The notes under the pieces: model-generated
The model's database searches: none
Told to the model about the DNA's origin: nothing
Seen by the model: only the letters and a program-made list of their open reading frames with translations
In this document: piece after piece, positions 18,999 to 28,446 of the stretch
Position numbering within the stretch: the first letter of the stretch is position 1
How the letters are laid out: each line of letters starts with the position of its first letter
NCBI GenBank assembly: GCA_937873375.1
Contig: CALMWK010000125.1
Span: forward strand, 24,870 to 88,869
DNA from: Candidatus Bathyarchaeota archaeon
GTDB taxonomy: Archaea; Thermoproteota; Bathyarchaeia; Bathyarchaeales; Bathycorpusculaceae
Reading direction: 5' to 3'
Length of the DNA stretch: 64,000 nucleotides
Program-made: the position numbers and the translations under genes

Positions 18999-20501
18999 CT
19001 AGAAAGGCTGAGTTATTTCAACCTTATGCTTGCTCTGCCACTCTTTAATTGGCATGCCCAGTTTCTTTTCCACATCGGCGCGGTGGATGCTGTTCATGGT
19101 GCAGAAGGGTATTATGCGCCCGTCAGGCACCGCATAGTGGATAACGCATCGTTGGACGCGTTCTAGGTCGAAGTTGTAGGGGTCCATGAAGTGCATCGAA
19201 GACAGCAAAATGGATTGGCGCTGCAGGTCTCCAAGAGCTTGGTAGCTGCCTTCGGTCAGCACGCTCCATATGTATTTTCGCATGAAACCTAGTTTCACGT
19301 TTTTTATGGCTGGACCAAGCAGGCTGCGTTTTGAAACTTTTTTGCCTTCTTTCATGGCTTTCTCGTAAGCTTTCTTGACGGAGGCGGAGAATTTTTCCAC
19401 GTTTGCGTATCGTGTGATGGGCGTGATTTTGCCGTCCTCCACGAAGAGGTATGTTGCCATGCCGCAGTGGGGGTGAGCTGTGAATTCTACGTATCGTTTG
19501 TCTTGCATGGCGCCGACGGCTTTGGAGATAGGCACGACGGTGGGTACGGGGAAGAAGTCTGAAACTTTGATGGCGCCTTTTGTTTGTTCTTCAGTGAGGC
19601 GCATGAAGTCTGGGATGGTGATGCGCATTTTTTCCCGTTCTTGTTGGGGCAGTCTGCCGCAGAGGGAAACGGGTTGGACGTTTATGCATCGGACTATGTC
19701 GAAGTTTTTAACGGCGAAGTCTATGATGTCGCCGAGTTGGTTGTCGTTGACGCCTTTCACTAAGGTAACGACGAGAACGACGCTTTTGATGCCTGCTTCG
19801 CGCATGTTCTGCAGAGCTTTCATTTTTATGTCCAGCAGGTCTATGCCGCGGATGAATTTGTAAACGTCGGAGGTTAAGCCGTCGAATTGGAGGTAAAATG
19901 TGCTGACGCCTGCTTCTTTGAGTTTTTTCGCGTACTCTACATCTTGCGAGATGCGAACGCCGTTGGTGTTGACTTCTACGTGGCGGAAACCGAGTTCTTT
20001 GGCTTTGTGAACAAAATCAATTAGCTCGTTGCGGATGGTGGGTTCGCCGCCTGAGAACTGCAACGCCGTGGCTGGGACAGGTTTGGTTGCGCGCAGGTTC
20101 TCTAGCATGCCTGTGACTTGTTCTTTGGTGGGTTCGTATACGTATCCTGCGGCTGAGGCGTTGGCGAAGCAGACTGGGCATTTGAGGTTGCATCTGTTGG
20201 TGATGTCGATTATGGCAAGCGCGGTGTGTGATTTGTGTTCGGGGCAGATGCCGCAGTCAAGCGGGCAACCGTTAACTTTCTGGGTACGAGGGTTTTCTAT
20301 CCCGTCGCCGTCGCATCGGAATTTCTCCGCCCTCATGTATTGGTCATAGTCGGACCAGTAAAGTTCTTGGTAAGCTCCGTGCTCGGGACATTCTTTTTTG
20401 ATGAAAACTTTGCCCTCGTCCTCGTATATGGTGGCGTCTAAAGCTTTGAGGCATTCGGGGCAGATACTTCTTGTGTTTTTAATTACTTTCATGATTATCA
20501 C
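18999..20501 (-). CDS. radical SAM enzyme, COG1964 family; candidate tetraether lipid synthase (Tes/GDGT-MAS-like)
   Basis: Radical SAM motif CNLKCPVC, N-terminal rubredoxin-like CPEC...CPEHG, and extra Cys cluster GCPLDCGICPEH. The 500-aa size fits the family. Confidence 0.6.
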   Translation of the reverse strand: MIIMKVIKNTRSICPECLKALDATIYEDEGKVFIKKECPEHGAYQELYWSDYDQYMRAEKFRCDGDGIENPRTQKVNGCPLDCGICPEHKSHTALAIIDITNRCNLKCPVCFANASAAGYVYEPTKEQVTGMLENLRATKPVPATALQFSGGEPTIRNELIDFVHKAKELGFRHVEVNTNGVRISQDVEYAKKLKEAGVSTFYLQFDGLTSDVYKFIRGIDLLDIKMKALQNMREAGIKSVVLVVTLVKGVNDNQLGDIIDFAVKNFDIVRCINVQPVSLCGRLPQQEREKMRITIPDFMRLTEEQTKGAIKVSDFFPVPTVVPISKAVGAMQDKRYVEFTAHPHCGMATYLFVEDGKITPITRYANVEKFSASVKKAYEKAMKEGKKVSKRSLLGPAIKNVKLGFMRKYIWSVLTEGSYQALGDLQRQSILLSSMHFMDPYNFDLERVQRCVIHYAVPDGRIIPFCTMNSIHRADVEKKLGMPIKEWQSKHKVEITQPF

Positions 20502-20512
20502 TAGGTGATGTT

Positions 20513-20563
20513 AACGTTTGATAGAAGGAGCAAATGTATTAAATAATAAGGTTTCCAAACGTT
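20513..20563. promoter_or_regulatory. two AACGTT-core palindromic sites in the divergent radical-SAM/trmB promoter region
   Basis: aacgtttg at 20513-20520 and caaacgtt at 20556-20563 form 8-bp inverted arms. An AT-rich TATA-like stretch lies between them. Confidence 0.3.
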
Positions 20564-20590
20564 TACTACGGTGAATCAGGGGGAACGTGT

Positions 20591-21340
20591 TTGTCGATAA
20601 ATGAGAGCACTAGGGAAATGCTGCGCGAGATGGGTTTGAACGCGTACGAAGTTGACGCTTATGTGGTGTTGCTTGAGACTGGGCAGATAACTGCTATGGA
20701 GATAAGCCGTGAAGCGAAAGTGCCGTACAGCAAAATTTACGAGGTTTTGAATTCGCTTAAAGAGAAAGGCTGGGTTAAGAGTTCTGAGAGTCGTCCTTTC
20801 AAGTATTATCCTGTTTCTCCGCTTGAGGCGTCGGCGTTTACGAAGCATCGGCTTGAGGATAAGTTTTTGGGTTGGGAGCAGATGGTGAGTGAAGCGTTGC
20901 AGCCGCTTTATGAGAAGCGGGAGTTGGTTGAGCGTCCTGACATTTTGATTTTGCATGGTCAGCAGGCGGTTGTGGCGAAGTTGGAGGAGGTTCTTAAGAA
21001 GGCTAACAAGGAGATTATGATTGCCGCGCCTATCTTTGCCAGACCCATAATTGCGTCTGCGGACCAGATGCTTTCGGGTTTGAAGAAGACTGTGACGATT
21101 AAGCTTATGGTGGCGGGTAAAAGTGACGAGTGGCAGTTTCTCAAAAAAGTTGCAGGCGTAAACGAGTTACGAGCAAGAGAACATATGTTCGGCGGCGGAG
21201 TCATCGCGGATGGGAAAGAGGCTATGCTGTTTTTGGGCGAAGAAAAACCCAGCTTGGTTATTTGGAGTAATCATGTGGGTTTGGTTGGGTTTGCCCGTGA
21301 GTACTTCCAGTTTCTGTGGGATTCCTCTACGAAGGCTTAA
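20591..21340 (+). CDS. TrmB-family transcriptional regulator
   Basis: LREMGLNAYEVDAYVVLLETGQITAMEISREAKVPYSKIYEVLNSLKEKGWV is a TrmB-type wHTH. The ATG at 20618 is the more likely start. Confidence 0.8.
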   Translation: MSINESTREMLREMGLNAYEVDAYVVLLETGQITAMEISREAKVPYSKIYEVLNSLKEKGWVKSSESRPFKYYPVSPLEASAFTKHRLEDKFLGWEQMVSEALQPLYEKRELVERPDILILHGQQAVVAKLEEVLKKANKEIMIAAPIFARPIIASADQMLSGLKKTVTIKLMVAGKSDEWQFLKKVAGVNELRAREHMFGGGVIADGKEAMLFLGEEKPSLVIWSNHVGLVGFAREYFQFLWDSSTKA

Positions 21341-21416
21341 CGCTGCTGTGGCGGTTGAGGGTAATTCTTAAATTATCTTCCAGCGCCTACATAGTTATCT
21401 TTTAAGAGGCAGTTTT

Positions 21417-22667
21417 ATGGCACCCGAACATACTCCGTTAACGGTGGCGCAGGCGCAGCTTAAGCTTGCAGCCAAAAAGTTGAATTTGGATTCTGGGATT
21501 CACAAGATTTTGAGCCAGCCTAAACGCTCCATACTAGTCAGCGTGGACATCAGGATGGATAACTGTACGGTGGGTGTTTTTAGGGGTATACGGGTGCAGC
21601 ATTGGGATGTGCGTGGTCCCTTCAAAGGCGGCATTCGGTTTTACCCGAACATTACTATGGATGAGGTGACGGCGCTTGCCATGCTTATGACGTGGAAGTG
21701 CTCCATAGCGGATATTCCTTATGGTGGAGCTAAAGGCGGCATTTGTGTTGACTCGAAAAAGTTGAGCAAAGGCGAACTGGAACGTTTAACCCGTCGATAC
21801 GTCAGCCTCATCGTGGAGTACCTTGGTCCTCACCGCGACATACCCGCGCCCGACATGTACACTGACGCGCAGACCATGGCGTGGATAATGGACACCTACA
21901 GCCAACTCAAAGGCTACAGCATACCCGAATGCGTCACAGGCAAACCAGTGGAAATAGGCGGCTCCGAAGGCAGAACCGAAGCTACAGGCAAAGGCGTAAT
22001 TCACTGCGTAAAAGAAGCCGCGGCAAACATTGATTTGAAGCTCAAGAACGCAGAGGTCGCAATTCAGGGTTTTGGCAATGTGGGTTTTCACGCGGCGCAG
22101 GCAGCGCATGGGTTAGGCTGCAAAGTCGTTGCCGTCAGCGACTCCTCAGGCGGAATCTACTGCCAGAAAGGTTTGAATCCTGATGCCGTTTTAGCTCACA
22201 AAGAAAAAACGGGGTCCGTGCAGAACTTTAAAGGCTGCAAAAACATAACCAACGAAGAACTCATCGAAGCCAAATGCGACATACTCATCCCCGCCGCCCT
22301 ACAAAACCAGATAACCCAGAAAAACGCCGACAAAATCCAAGCCCGCATGGTCGCCGAAGCCGCCAACGGACCCACCACACCCGAAGCCGACAGAATCCTC
22401 CACGAGAAAAACATCTGCCTGATTCCTGACATACTTGCCAACTGCGGTGGCGTAACCGTGAGCTATTTTGAGTGGGTGCAAAACCTGACCCGTGAGCACT
22501 GGACGCTGGAGAAGGTGAATGGGAAGCTGGAAACGAAGATGACTAAGGCGTTCAACGACGTGTACTCGTTGTCACAGGAAGAAGAGAGCGACATGCGAAC
22601 CGCCGCGCTCATGCTGGGTGTGGGGAGAGTTGCTAGCGCCATAAAAACCCTGGGACTATGGCCATAA
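21417..22667 (+). CDS. gdhA: glutamate dehydrogenase
   Basis: Glu/Leu/Phe/Val dehydrogenase catalytic region PYGGAKGG and Rossmann motif IQGFGNVG. Confidence 0.92.
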   Translation: MAPEHTPLTVAQAQLKLAAKKLNLDSGIHKILSQPKRSILVSVDIRMDNCTVGVFRGIRVQHWDVRGPFKGGIRFYPNITMDEVTALAMLMTWKCSIADIPYGGAKGGICVDSKKLSKGELERLTRRYVSLIVEYLGPHRDIPAPDMYTDAQTMAWIMDTYSQLKGYSIPECVTGKPVEIGGSEGRTEATGKGVIHCVKEAAANIDLKLKNAEVAIQGFGNVGFHAAQAAHGLGCKVVAVSDSSGGIYCQKGLNPDAVLAHKEKTGSVQNFKGCKNITNEELIEAKCDILIPAALQNQITQKNADKIQARMVAEAANGPTTPEADRILHEKNICLIPDILANCGGVTVSYFEWVQNLTREHWTLEKVNGKLETKMTKAFNDVYSLSQEEESDMRTAALMLGVGRVASAIKTLGLWP

Positions 22668-22790
22668 CAACTCTAATTTCTCATTCAAATGACGCCCCTT
22701 TCAGTTGTATTTGGCAAATTAATACACATAACATAGGTAAAAATTTTTCACGGTTAAACTTTAAAAAGAAAAGCGTATAATAATTAATGG

Positions 22791-23426
22791 ATGACTTCGA
22801 TGAATCCACTTGAAAAGGAAACTTTGAAGTACGAAAAGAGAGGCTACAAAGTTGAACAGAAAAGAACCTTAAAGTACGGTCTCAGAACCTTCATCAACAA
22901 AAAGGGCGGTTTTTTTGGGATTGATGAAGGTGTATACATATACTATGTTGATGGAGATGCAACTACCGATGACCTTCGTGAGTGCTTTAAGGATTACGTG
23001 AAATTCTATGAAGAAAAGAATTTTGATAGTAGCGACAAGGGTTTGTTCCTTTGTACTGGAAAAGTGGATGAAAAATTGTTTCGAGATTTGCGAAAAGCGA
23101 TTATTCGTGACGATGATATTCGCAACAGTATTAAATTAGTAAAAAGCGGCCAATCTACACAGAAAACATCTGTAGAAAAGACAGCGAAAAAAGAAGCCTC
23201 TTGTGTAAAAGCCTCACCTTTGTCGCATGATGAAACAGAAAGAATTATTCATAGAGTTGGAACGATTTGTTGTTACCCCAATTGTAAAGAAAACATCGCA
23301 TTAGATGTTCATCATATTGTTCCAAGAGAAGACGGAGGAACAAATAGAGACGATAATTTAATTGTTTTATGCCCTGTTCATCACCGTCTAGCAGACAGAG
23401 GAGCCATTCCAAAAAAAAAGACTTGA
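22791..23426 (+). CDS. HNH endonuclease with an uncharacterised N-terminal domain
   Basis: C-terminal HNH motif CCYPNCKENIALDVHHIVPREDGGTNRDDNLIVLCPVHHRLAD. A/T-ending codon usage differs from the neighbouring genes. Confidence 0.8.
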   Translation: MTSMNPLEKETLKYEKRGYKVEQKRTLKYGLRTFINKKGGFFGIDEGVYIYYVDGDATTDDLRECFKDYVKFYEEKNFDSSDKGLFLCTGKVDEKLFRDLRKAIIRDDDIRNSIKLVKSGQSTQKTSVEKTAKKEASCVKASPLSHDETERIIHRVGTICCYPNCKENIALDVHHIVPREDGGTNRDDNLIVLCPVHHRLADRGAIPKKKT

Positions 23427-23848
23427 GATGAACAATGTAAGAAGAATGGAAGACAAAGGACTCTGACCAAATTTTTGACTGACTGCAAAAAATCGCTTTT
23501 GACAGGAAAAAAATCATCTACACAGGCTGCAATAACCCTAAACTGGAAGCTCTCATGAAATCGTGCAAACGAGTTCTTTAGGTTGTTCTGTACCCCTAAA
23601 ATAGCATCGCGAACGTATCTACTTGTTACTGTCTGCACAACCAAGGCACAACCAAACAGCGCCCAAACCAAACCCCAAAAACAAAACCCAACCCCCCGCT
23701 CAAAGCCTAAGAAGTAGATGTGTATAGCAACCAAACTACAACTACATCTAAACAAAAAAAACAAACACCATACAGAACCCATAGATTCTACATATAATGG
23801 GGGATTAGCCAAAAAACAGCACAAAAGACACACCGCTACACCACAGTT

Positions 23849-24496
23849 TTGCGCTATTTTTTTTATCCAAATACTTTTAACCGTTCCGCCTATACTGTTC
23901 AACCTCACAAGCTAACGTTTACTGAGGGAAGAGAAGTGCCGCCAAAACTGGAAAACATAGATTTTCGCTTCGAAAACACACCAGCAAAAATCGTAGCCAA
24001 CAGAAACCACCCCCAAATCAAACTCGCAGGCTTAAACATTGGACCCCTCGAAGAAGGCAACGAATACGAAATCTACTACTGGATAGCCAAAGAACTCACC
24101 GAAGCAGGAATGGCACACTTCCGCGAAGACGACATCCTAGACGCCACCAAACTCTACAAAGTCCAATGGAAAGAACGCGTCCAAGCAGCAGGACAAATCA
24201 GCGAACTCCCAGAAGACTTCTACCCCAAACTCCGCAGATACCTCAAAGACGCAAAAAACCAAATCACCAAACAACCCGAACCAACCAAAGTCCAAGACTA
24301 CCAAAAAATAAAACACCTCACAGGCGACATCGTAAACTCCAGACTCAAAAAAATCGTCACTCTCGCCTCAGGACCAACCCAAAGCGACCAAACAGTAAAA
24401 AAACTCACCTACGAAGAAAGACTCATCTTTGACCAACTCGCAAAAATAATCCACAACTGGAGAAACCGCATCCTCCAACATGACAACGAAGAGTGA
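23849..24496 (+). CDS. gins23: GINS subunit Gins23
   Basis: GINS A-domain-like helices (ELPEDFYPKLRRYLKD...IVNSRLKKIVTLA...LTYEERLIFDQL). It lies immediately upstream of mcm and overlaps it. The true start is probably the GTG at 23936. Confidence 0.7.
   Translation: MRYFFYPNTFNRSAYTVQPHKLTFTEGREVPPKLENIDFRFENTPAKIVANRNHPQIKLAGLNIGPLEEGNEYEIYYWIAKELTEAGMAHFREDDILDATKLYKVQWKERVQAAGQISELPEDFYPKLRRYLKDAKNQITKQPEPTKVQDYQKIKHLTGDIVNSRLKKIVTLASGPTQSDQTVKKLTYEERLIFDQLAKIIHNWRNRILQHDNEE
23857..23880 (+). promoter_or_regulatory. TATA-like element upstream of gins23-mcm
   Basis: ttttttttatccaaatactttta lies about 60 nt upstream of the probable GTG start at 23936, which is preceded by gaggga. Confidence 0.3.
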
Positions 24497-26538
24497 AAAA
24501 CATGGCCCGAACCCAAGAAACCATAGACCCACAAGAACGCTTCTTAGAATTCTTCAAAAAAGAGAAGTACCGCCAAAAAATCAGCCAAATGGCCATCCAA
24601 GGCAAAGAATCCATAACTGTGGACTTCGAAGAACTCTTCGGCTTCGACCAAAAACTAGCCGAAATCCTCCTAGACAAACCCGAACAATACCTCCAACACG
24701 CCAACAACGCAGCATACGCACAACTAGGCATCGAAGACAACGAATACGCCCAAAAAATAGAAAAAATCACCGTCCGCATCACCCACCTCCTAGGCCACGA
24801 ACAACTCCGCAAACTAGGCAGCAAACAAATGGGTAAACTAGTCCTCATAGAAGCCATAGTCGTACGAGCCACACCCGTCAGACCCATGGTCATGAACGCC
24901 ACCTTCAAATGCAAAAGATGCGGAACCCAAAACCAAGTCGAACAAAAAGGCCAATTTCTCAAAGCACCCCAAGTCTGCGCAGGACCAGACTGCGGAAAAG
25001 ATGGCCCATTCGAATTCATACAAGAAGAATCCACCTTCATAGACTCACAAGACCTGCGGCTACAAGAACGCCCTGAAGATCTGCCACCAGGACAACTCCC
25101 AAGAACCCTAGCCGCAAAACTCATCGGCGACGAAGTAGTCGACGTCGCCAGACCAGGAGACCACGTCTCCATCGTAGGCATAGTGCAAGCTTTTGCGCCC
25201 TCCCGACCAGGCATCGGAAAACTCCGCACCTTCATACTTCAACTAGACGCCAACAGCATCGAAGTTTTAGGCAAAGAACCCGAAAGCTCACCCCCCACAC
25301 CCGAAGAAGAAGAAAAAATCTTTGCCCTCGCAAAAGACCCACAAGTCCACCGCAAACTCGTAAGCTCCATCGCACCCTCCATCTACGGTTACGACCACAT
25401 CAAAGAAGCCATCCTGTACCTGCTCTTTGGAGGAGTCTCCAAAACCCTCCCAGACGTCAACGTCAGAGGCGAAATGAACGCCCTCATCATCGGAGACCCA
25501 GGCACAGCCAAATCACAACTCCTACAGTACGTAGCAAGAATCGCACCAAGAGGCCTTTACACCTCAGGCAGAGGAACAACCGCCGCAGGCCTCACAGCAG
25601 CAGTCATCCGCGAAAAAGGCGGCTCCATGAGCCTCGAAGCAGGCGCACTTGTCCTCGCAGACAAAGGCATAGCATGCATCGACGAAATGGACAAAATGCG
25701 CCCCGAAGACCGCGTTGCCATCCACGAAGCCATGGAACAACACACAGTCTCCGTCGCCAAAGGAGGCATAGTCGCCACCCTGAACGCACGCACAGCTGTT
25801 CTAGCCGCAGCCAACCCTGCCTTGGGCAGATATGAACCCCACCGAACCGTTGCAGAAAACATCAGCCTACCCGTAACCATCCTCTCCAGATTCGACATCA
25901 TCTTCGTGCTGCGCGATGTCCCCAACAAAGAAGCAGACAGCAAAATGTCCCAGCACATCCTAGAAATCCACCGAAAAGGCAGAAGCCCAGTTGAAGCCCC
26001 AGTAGATGCTGAACTTCTGCGCAAATACATAAGCTACGCCAAAACCTTCAAACCTGAACTGAACGACGAGGCACTAAATCGTCTGCGCGAATTCTACCTA
26101 GCCATGCGTGCGGCAAGCGAATCCGAAGGTTCCCCTGTTGCGATTACAGCACGTCAACTTGAATCTCTAGTCCGTATAGCTGAAGCCCGAGCACGCGCAG
26201 CTCTAAGAAAAGAAGTCACAGGCGAAGACGCAGAAGCCGCCATCACCATCATGAAACGGTCACTGGAGGAAGTGGGCATCGACATGTCCTCCTACAAGAT
26301 GGACATCGACCTCATCATGACGGGCAGACCAAAAAGCGTGCGAGACAAACTCCAAGTAGTGCTCTCAACAGTAATAGAGATGGAGAAGGAAACCGGCACT
26401 GTTGAAAGAGATGCCCTTGTGTCCGAGCTGGAGTCAAAGCATAAGCTGTCGCGGTCTGAAATTGAACGGATGATTGGGCAACTGCTGAAAGAAGGCACAT
26501 TGTACGAGCCTGGTGAAGGGCGCTTAAAGAAAACCTAA
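24493..26538 (+). CDS. mcm: MCM replicative helicase
   Basis: Zinc motif CKRCG...CAGPDC, Walker A GDPGTAKS, Walker B CIDEMDKM and arginine finger SRFDIIF. The ATG at 24502 is the likely start. Confidence 0.97.
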   Translation: MKNMARTQETIDPQERFLEFFKKEKYRQKISQMAIQGKESITVDFEELFGFDQKLAEILLDKPEQYLQHANNAAYAQLGIEDNEYAQKIEKITVRITHLLGHEQLRKLGSKQMGKLVLIEAIVVRATPVRPMVMNATFKCKRCGTQNQVEQKGQFLKAPQVCAGPDCGKDGPFEFIQEESTFIDSQDLRLQERPEDLPPGQLPRTLAAKLIGDEVVDVARPGDHVSIVGIVQAFAPSRPGIGKLRTFILQLDANSIEVLGKEPESSPPTPEEEEKIFALAKDPQVHRKLVSSIAPSIYGYDHIKEAILYLLFGGVSKTLPDVNVRGEMNALIIGDPGTAKSQLLQYVARIAPRGLYTSGRGTTAAGLTAAVIREKGGSMSLEAGALVLADKGIACIDEMDKMRPEDRVAIHEAMEQHTVSVAKGGIVATLNARTAVLAAANPALGRYEPHRTVAENISLPVTILSRFDIIFVLRDVPNKEADSKMSQHILEIHRKGRSPVEAPVDAELLRKYISYAKTFKPELNDEALNRLREFYLAMRAASESEGSPVAITARQLESLVRIAEARARAALRKEVTGEDAEAAITIMKRSLEEVGIDMSSYKMDIDLIMTGRPKSVRDKLQVVLSTVIEMEKETGTVERDALVSELESKHKLSRSEIERMIGQLLKEGTLYEPGEGRLKKT

Positions 26539-26581
26539 ACCATAAAGGTAAAGCACAATCACCTACTGGAGAAACATACAC

Positions 26582-27676
26582 ATGAAACCCGTAATGGTGG
26601 TTACAGGCACCAGACCTGAAATCATAAAAATGGCGCCCGTCCTCAGGGCGCTGCGCAAACGCAAACTCCCAACTTTCTTTGTTCACTGCGGGCAACACTA
26701 CGACTATGATATGGCGCAGAAATTTATCGAAGACCTTGAACTTCCAGCGCCAGATTTCTCGTTCAAACTCAAAGGGGCATCACCCAACACGCAGATGGCA
26801 CGTATCATCACCCACATGGATAAACTGGTAAAAGAAAAACAGCCCTCAATTGTTCTGGTGGAAGGTGACACGAACACGGTTTTGGCATCCGCCATAGCAG
26901 CGAACAAGCGTGGAGTTCCAGTGGGGCATGTTGAGGCGGGTTTGAGAAGTTTTGACCTACGGATGCCTGAGGAACATAACAGGCGCTTAACAGACCACGT
27001 TTCCACGTTTCTGTTTGCTCCAACCAAGACGGCAGAGGCAAATTTGAAGCGAGAGAGTGTTTGGGGCAAAATCTTCGTCACAGGCAACACCGTTATAGAC
27101 GCAGTAAACCAGCACCTGCCAATAGCAGAAAAGAAATCAAAGATACTAAAAGAAATCCGGTTTGACAGGTTTGTTTTGGCTACAGCACACAGGGCAGAAA
27201 ACGTGGATGACCTTGCAGTCCTGAAGAATTTCATAGAGGCGTTTGCTGAGTCGCCTGTGCCTGTGGTTTACCCGATGCATCCGCGCACCAAAAAACGGCT
27301 ACGCCAAAACGGACTTTACACCCAAATCAAGAAGTGCAAAAAAGTTCAGGTTCTTCCACCATTAGGCTACTTGGACTTTTTGGTTCTGATGAAAAAATGC
27401 GAGTTGCTGGTGACTGATTCTGGTGGAATCCAAGAGGAAGCTACTGCGCCAGCAATACGGAAACCTGTTTTGGTGATTCGGCTCTCAACTGAGAGGCAGG
27501 AAGCGGTTGAAGCAGGATTCGCGAAAGTTGTAGGAACGGGAAAGCAGGAAATCTTAGCCGCTATAAAGGCGGCTGTGGAAAACAAAAAAGAATTGCCTAA
27601 TGAGTCGCCTTTTGGAGACGGAAAAGCCGCAGAGAAAACAGTGAAAAGAATAGAGGAAGAATTCGTTAGGGCTTAA
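26582..27676 (+). CDS. wecB: UDP-N-acetylglucosamine 2-epimerase (non-hydrolysing)
   Basis: VTGTRPEIIKMAPV, VEGDTNTVLA, HVEAGLRS and DSGGIQEE motifs. Confidence 0.9.
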   Translation: MKPVMVVTGTRPEIIKMAPVLRALRKRKLPTFFVHCGQHYDYDMAQKFIEDLELPAPDFSFKLKGASPNTQMARIITHMDKLVKEKQPSIVLVEGDTNTVLASAIAANKRGVPVGHVEAGLRSFDLRMPEEHNRRLTDHVSTFLFAPTKTAEANLKRESVWGKIFVTGNTVIDAVNQHLPIAEKKSKILKEIRFDRFVLATAHRAENVDDLAVLKNFIEAFAESPVPVVYPMHPRTKKRLRQNGLYTQIKKCKKVQVLPPLGYLDFLVLMKKCELLVTDSGGIQEEATAPAIRKPVLVIRLSTERQEAVEAGFAKVVGTGKQEILAAIKAAVENKKELPNESPFGDGKAAEKTVKRIEEEFVRA

Positions 27677-28446
27677 GAGATGTAAGTAGTTTTTTTATCT
27701 TCTTCTTTGCGGGTTTCTTCAGCCTGCAAAACTCTGGTCTCTTCAATCTTCTGCAGTCGCGTCACCATCTTATCCGCTTTTACGATGTCTTCGTCTAAGC
27801 CGGCAAGGTCAAGGTTGAAGCTGAACATGTTTTTTAGAACTTCCAGAACGCTTCTTGAAGCTAATGGGTCAGGTAGGTAACCGCGTGTTTCACCTAAAAG
27901 GCAGAGGGCGTTGATTTTTTGGAAGCGGGCTAAGCCGAGGATTAAGCCTGCGGTGCCGACTATGGGGCTTCCTGAGGGGCTCACGGTTGAGCCTGCGTTG
28001 AGGGCTTGGTTGAGGATTTCTTGGTTTGTGCCTGCGACGATGACTTTGGGTTTGTCTTTGGCTTCCATGCGGTATCCGCCGATGGTTACGATGGTTTTTA
28101 CTTTGTGTTTTTTGCTAAAGTCTATCATGCAGTCGGCGATTTCGTATTGTCCTTCAATGGTTTGAGATTGGCTGTCGCCGGTGAAGAAGATGAGGTCGTT
28201 GGGTCCAGCGGTGTTTTTCACGTAGTAGAATGCTCCGCGCAGGAGCCTAACGTTGCCTTTTTTGTTAACAAGAACAAAGTAAGGAAAGTGCGGTGAGTAT
28301 AGGTAGGCGAATTTTTGGGCTTTCAGTTGTTTGATGAGGTAGCGGATGGCGATTTTGCCGACTAGTCCCAAACCGGGTAATCCTTCGATGAGGACTGGGT
28401 TGTTTGCTTCGATTTTGGCGATTTCTTTGATGTAGGTGGCTTTCAT
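27673..28446 (-). CDS. PAC2-family proteasome assembly chaperone (COG1938)
   Basis: LIEGLPGLGLVGKIA N-terminal signature. Its ATG overlaps the Nop10 stop (ATGA). Confidence 0.7.
   Translation of the reverse strand: MKATYIKEIAKIEANNPVLIEGLPGLGLVGKIAIRYLIKQLKAQKFAYLYSPHFPYFVLVNKKGNVRLLRGAFYYVKNTAGPNDLIFFTGDSQSQTIEGQYEIADCMIDFSKKHKVKTIVTIGGYRMEAKDKPKVIVAGTNQEILNQALNAGSTVSPSGSPIVGTAGLILGLARFQKINALCLLGETRGYLPDPLASRSVLEVLKNMFSFNLDLAGLDEDIVKADKMVTRLQKIEETRVLQAEETRKEEDKKTTYIS

Noticed and set aside
23381-23908. 175-aa Cys/Phe/Leu-rich minus-strand ORF between the HNH gene and gins23
   Set aside because: It overlaps the HNH gene 3' end, the C/A tract and the gins23 promoter. Its composition simply mirrors the G/T-rich complement of that tract. 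A short real ORF within 23430-23640 cannot be excluded.
24423-25235. 270-aa ORF on the minus strand, antisense to gins23/mcm
   Set aside because: The Ser/Arg/Cys/Trp-rich low-complexity translation lies entirely inside the well-supported mcm frame. It exists only because the sense strand is so G/T-poor that the antisense strand lacks stop codons.
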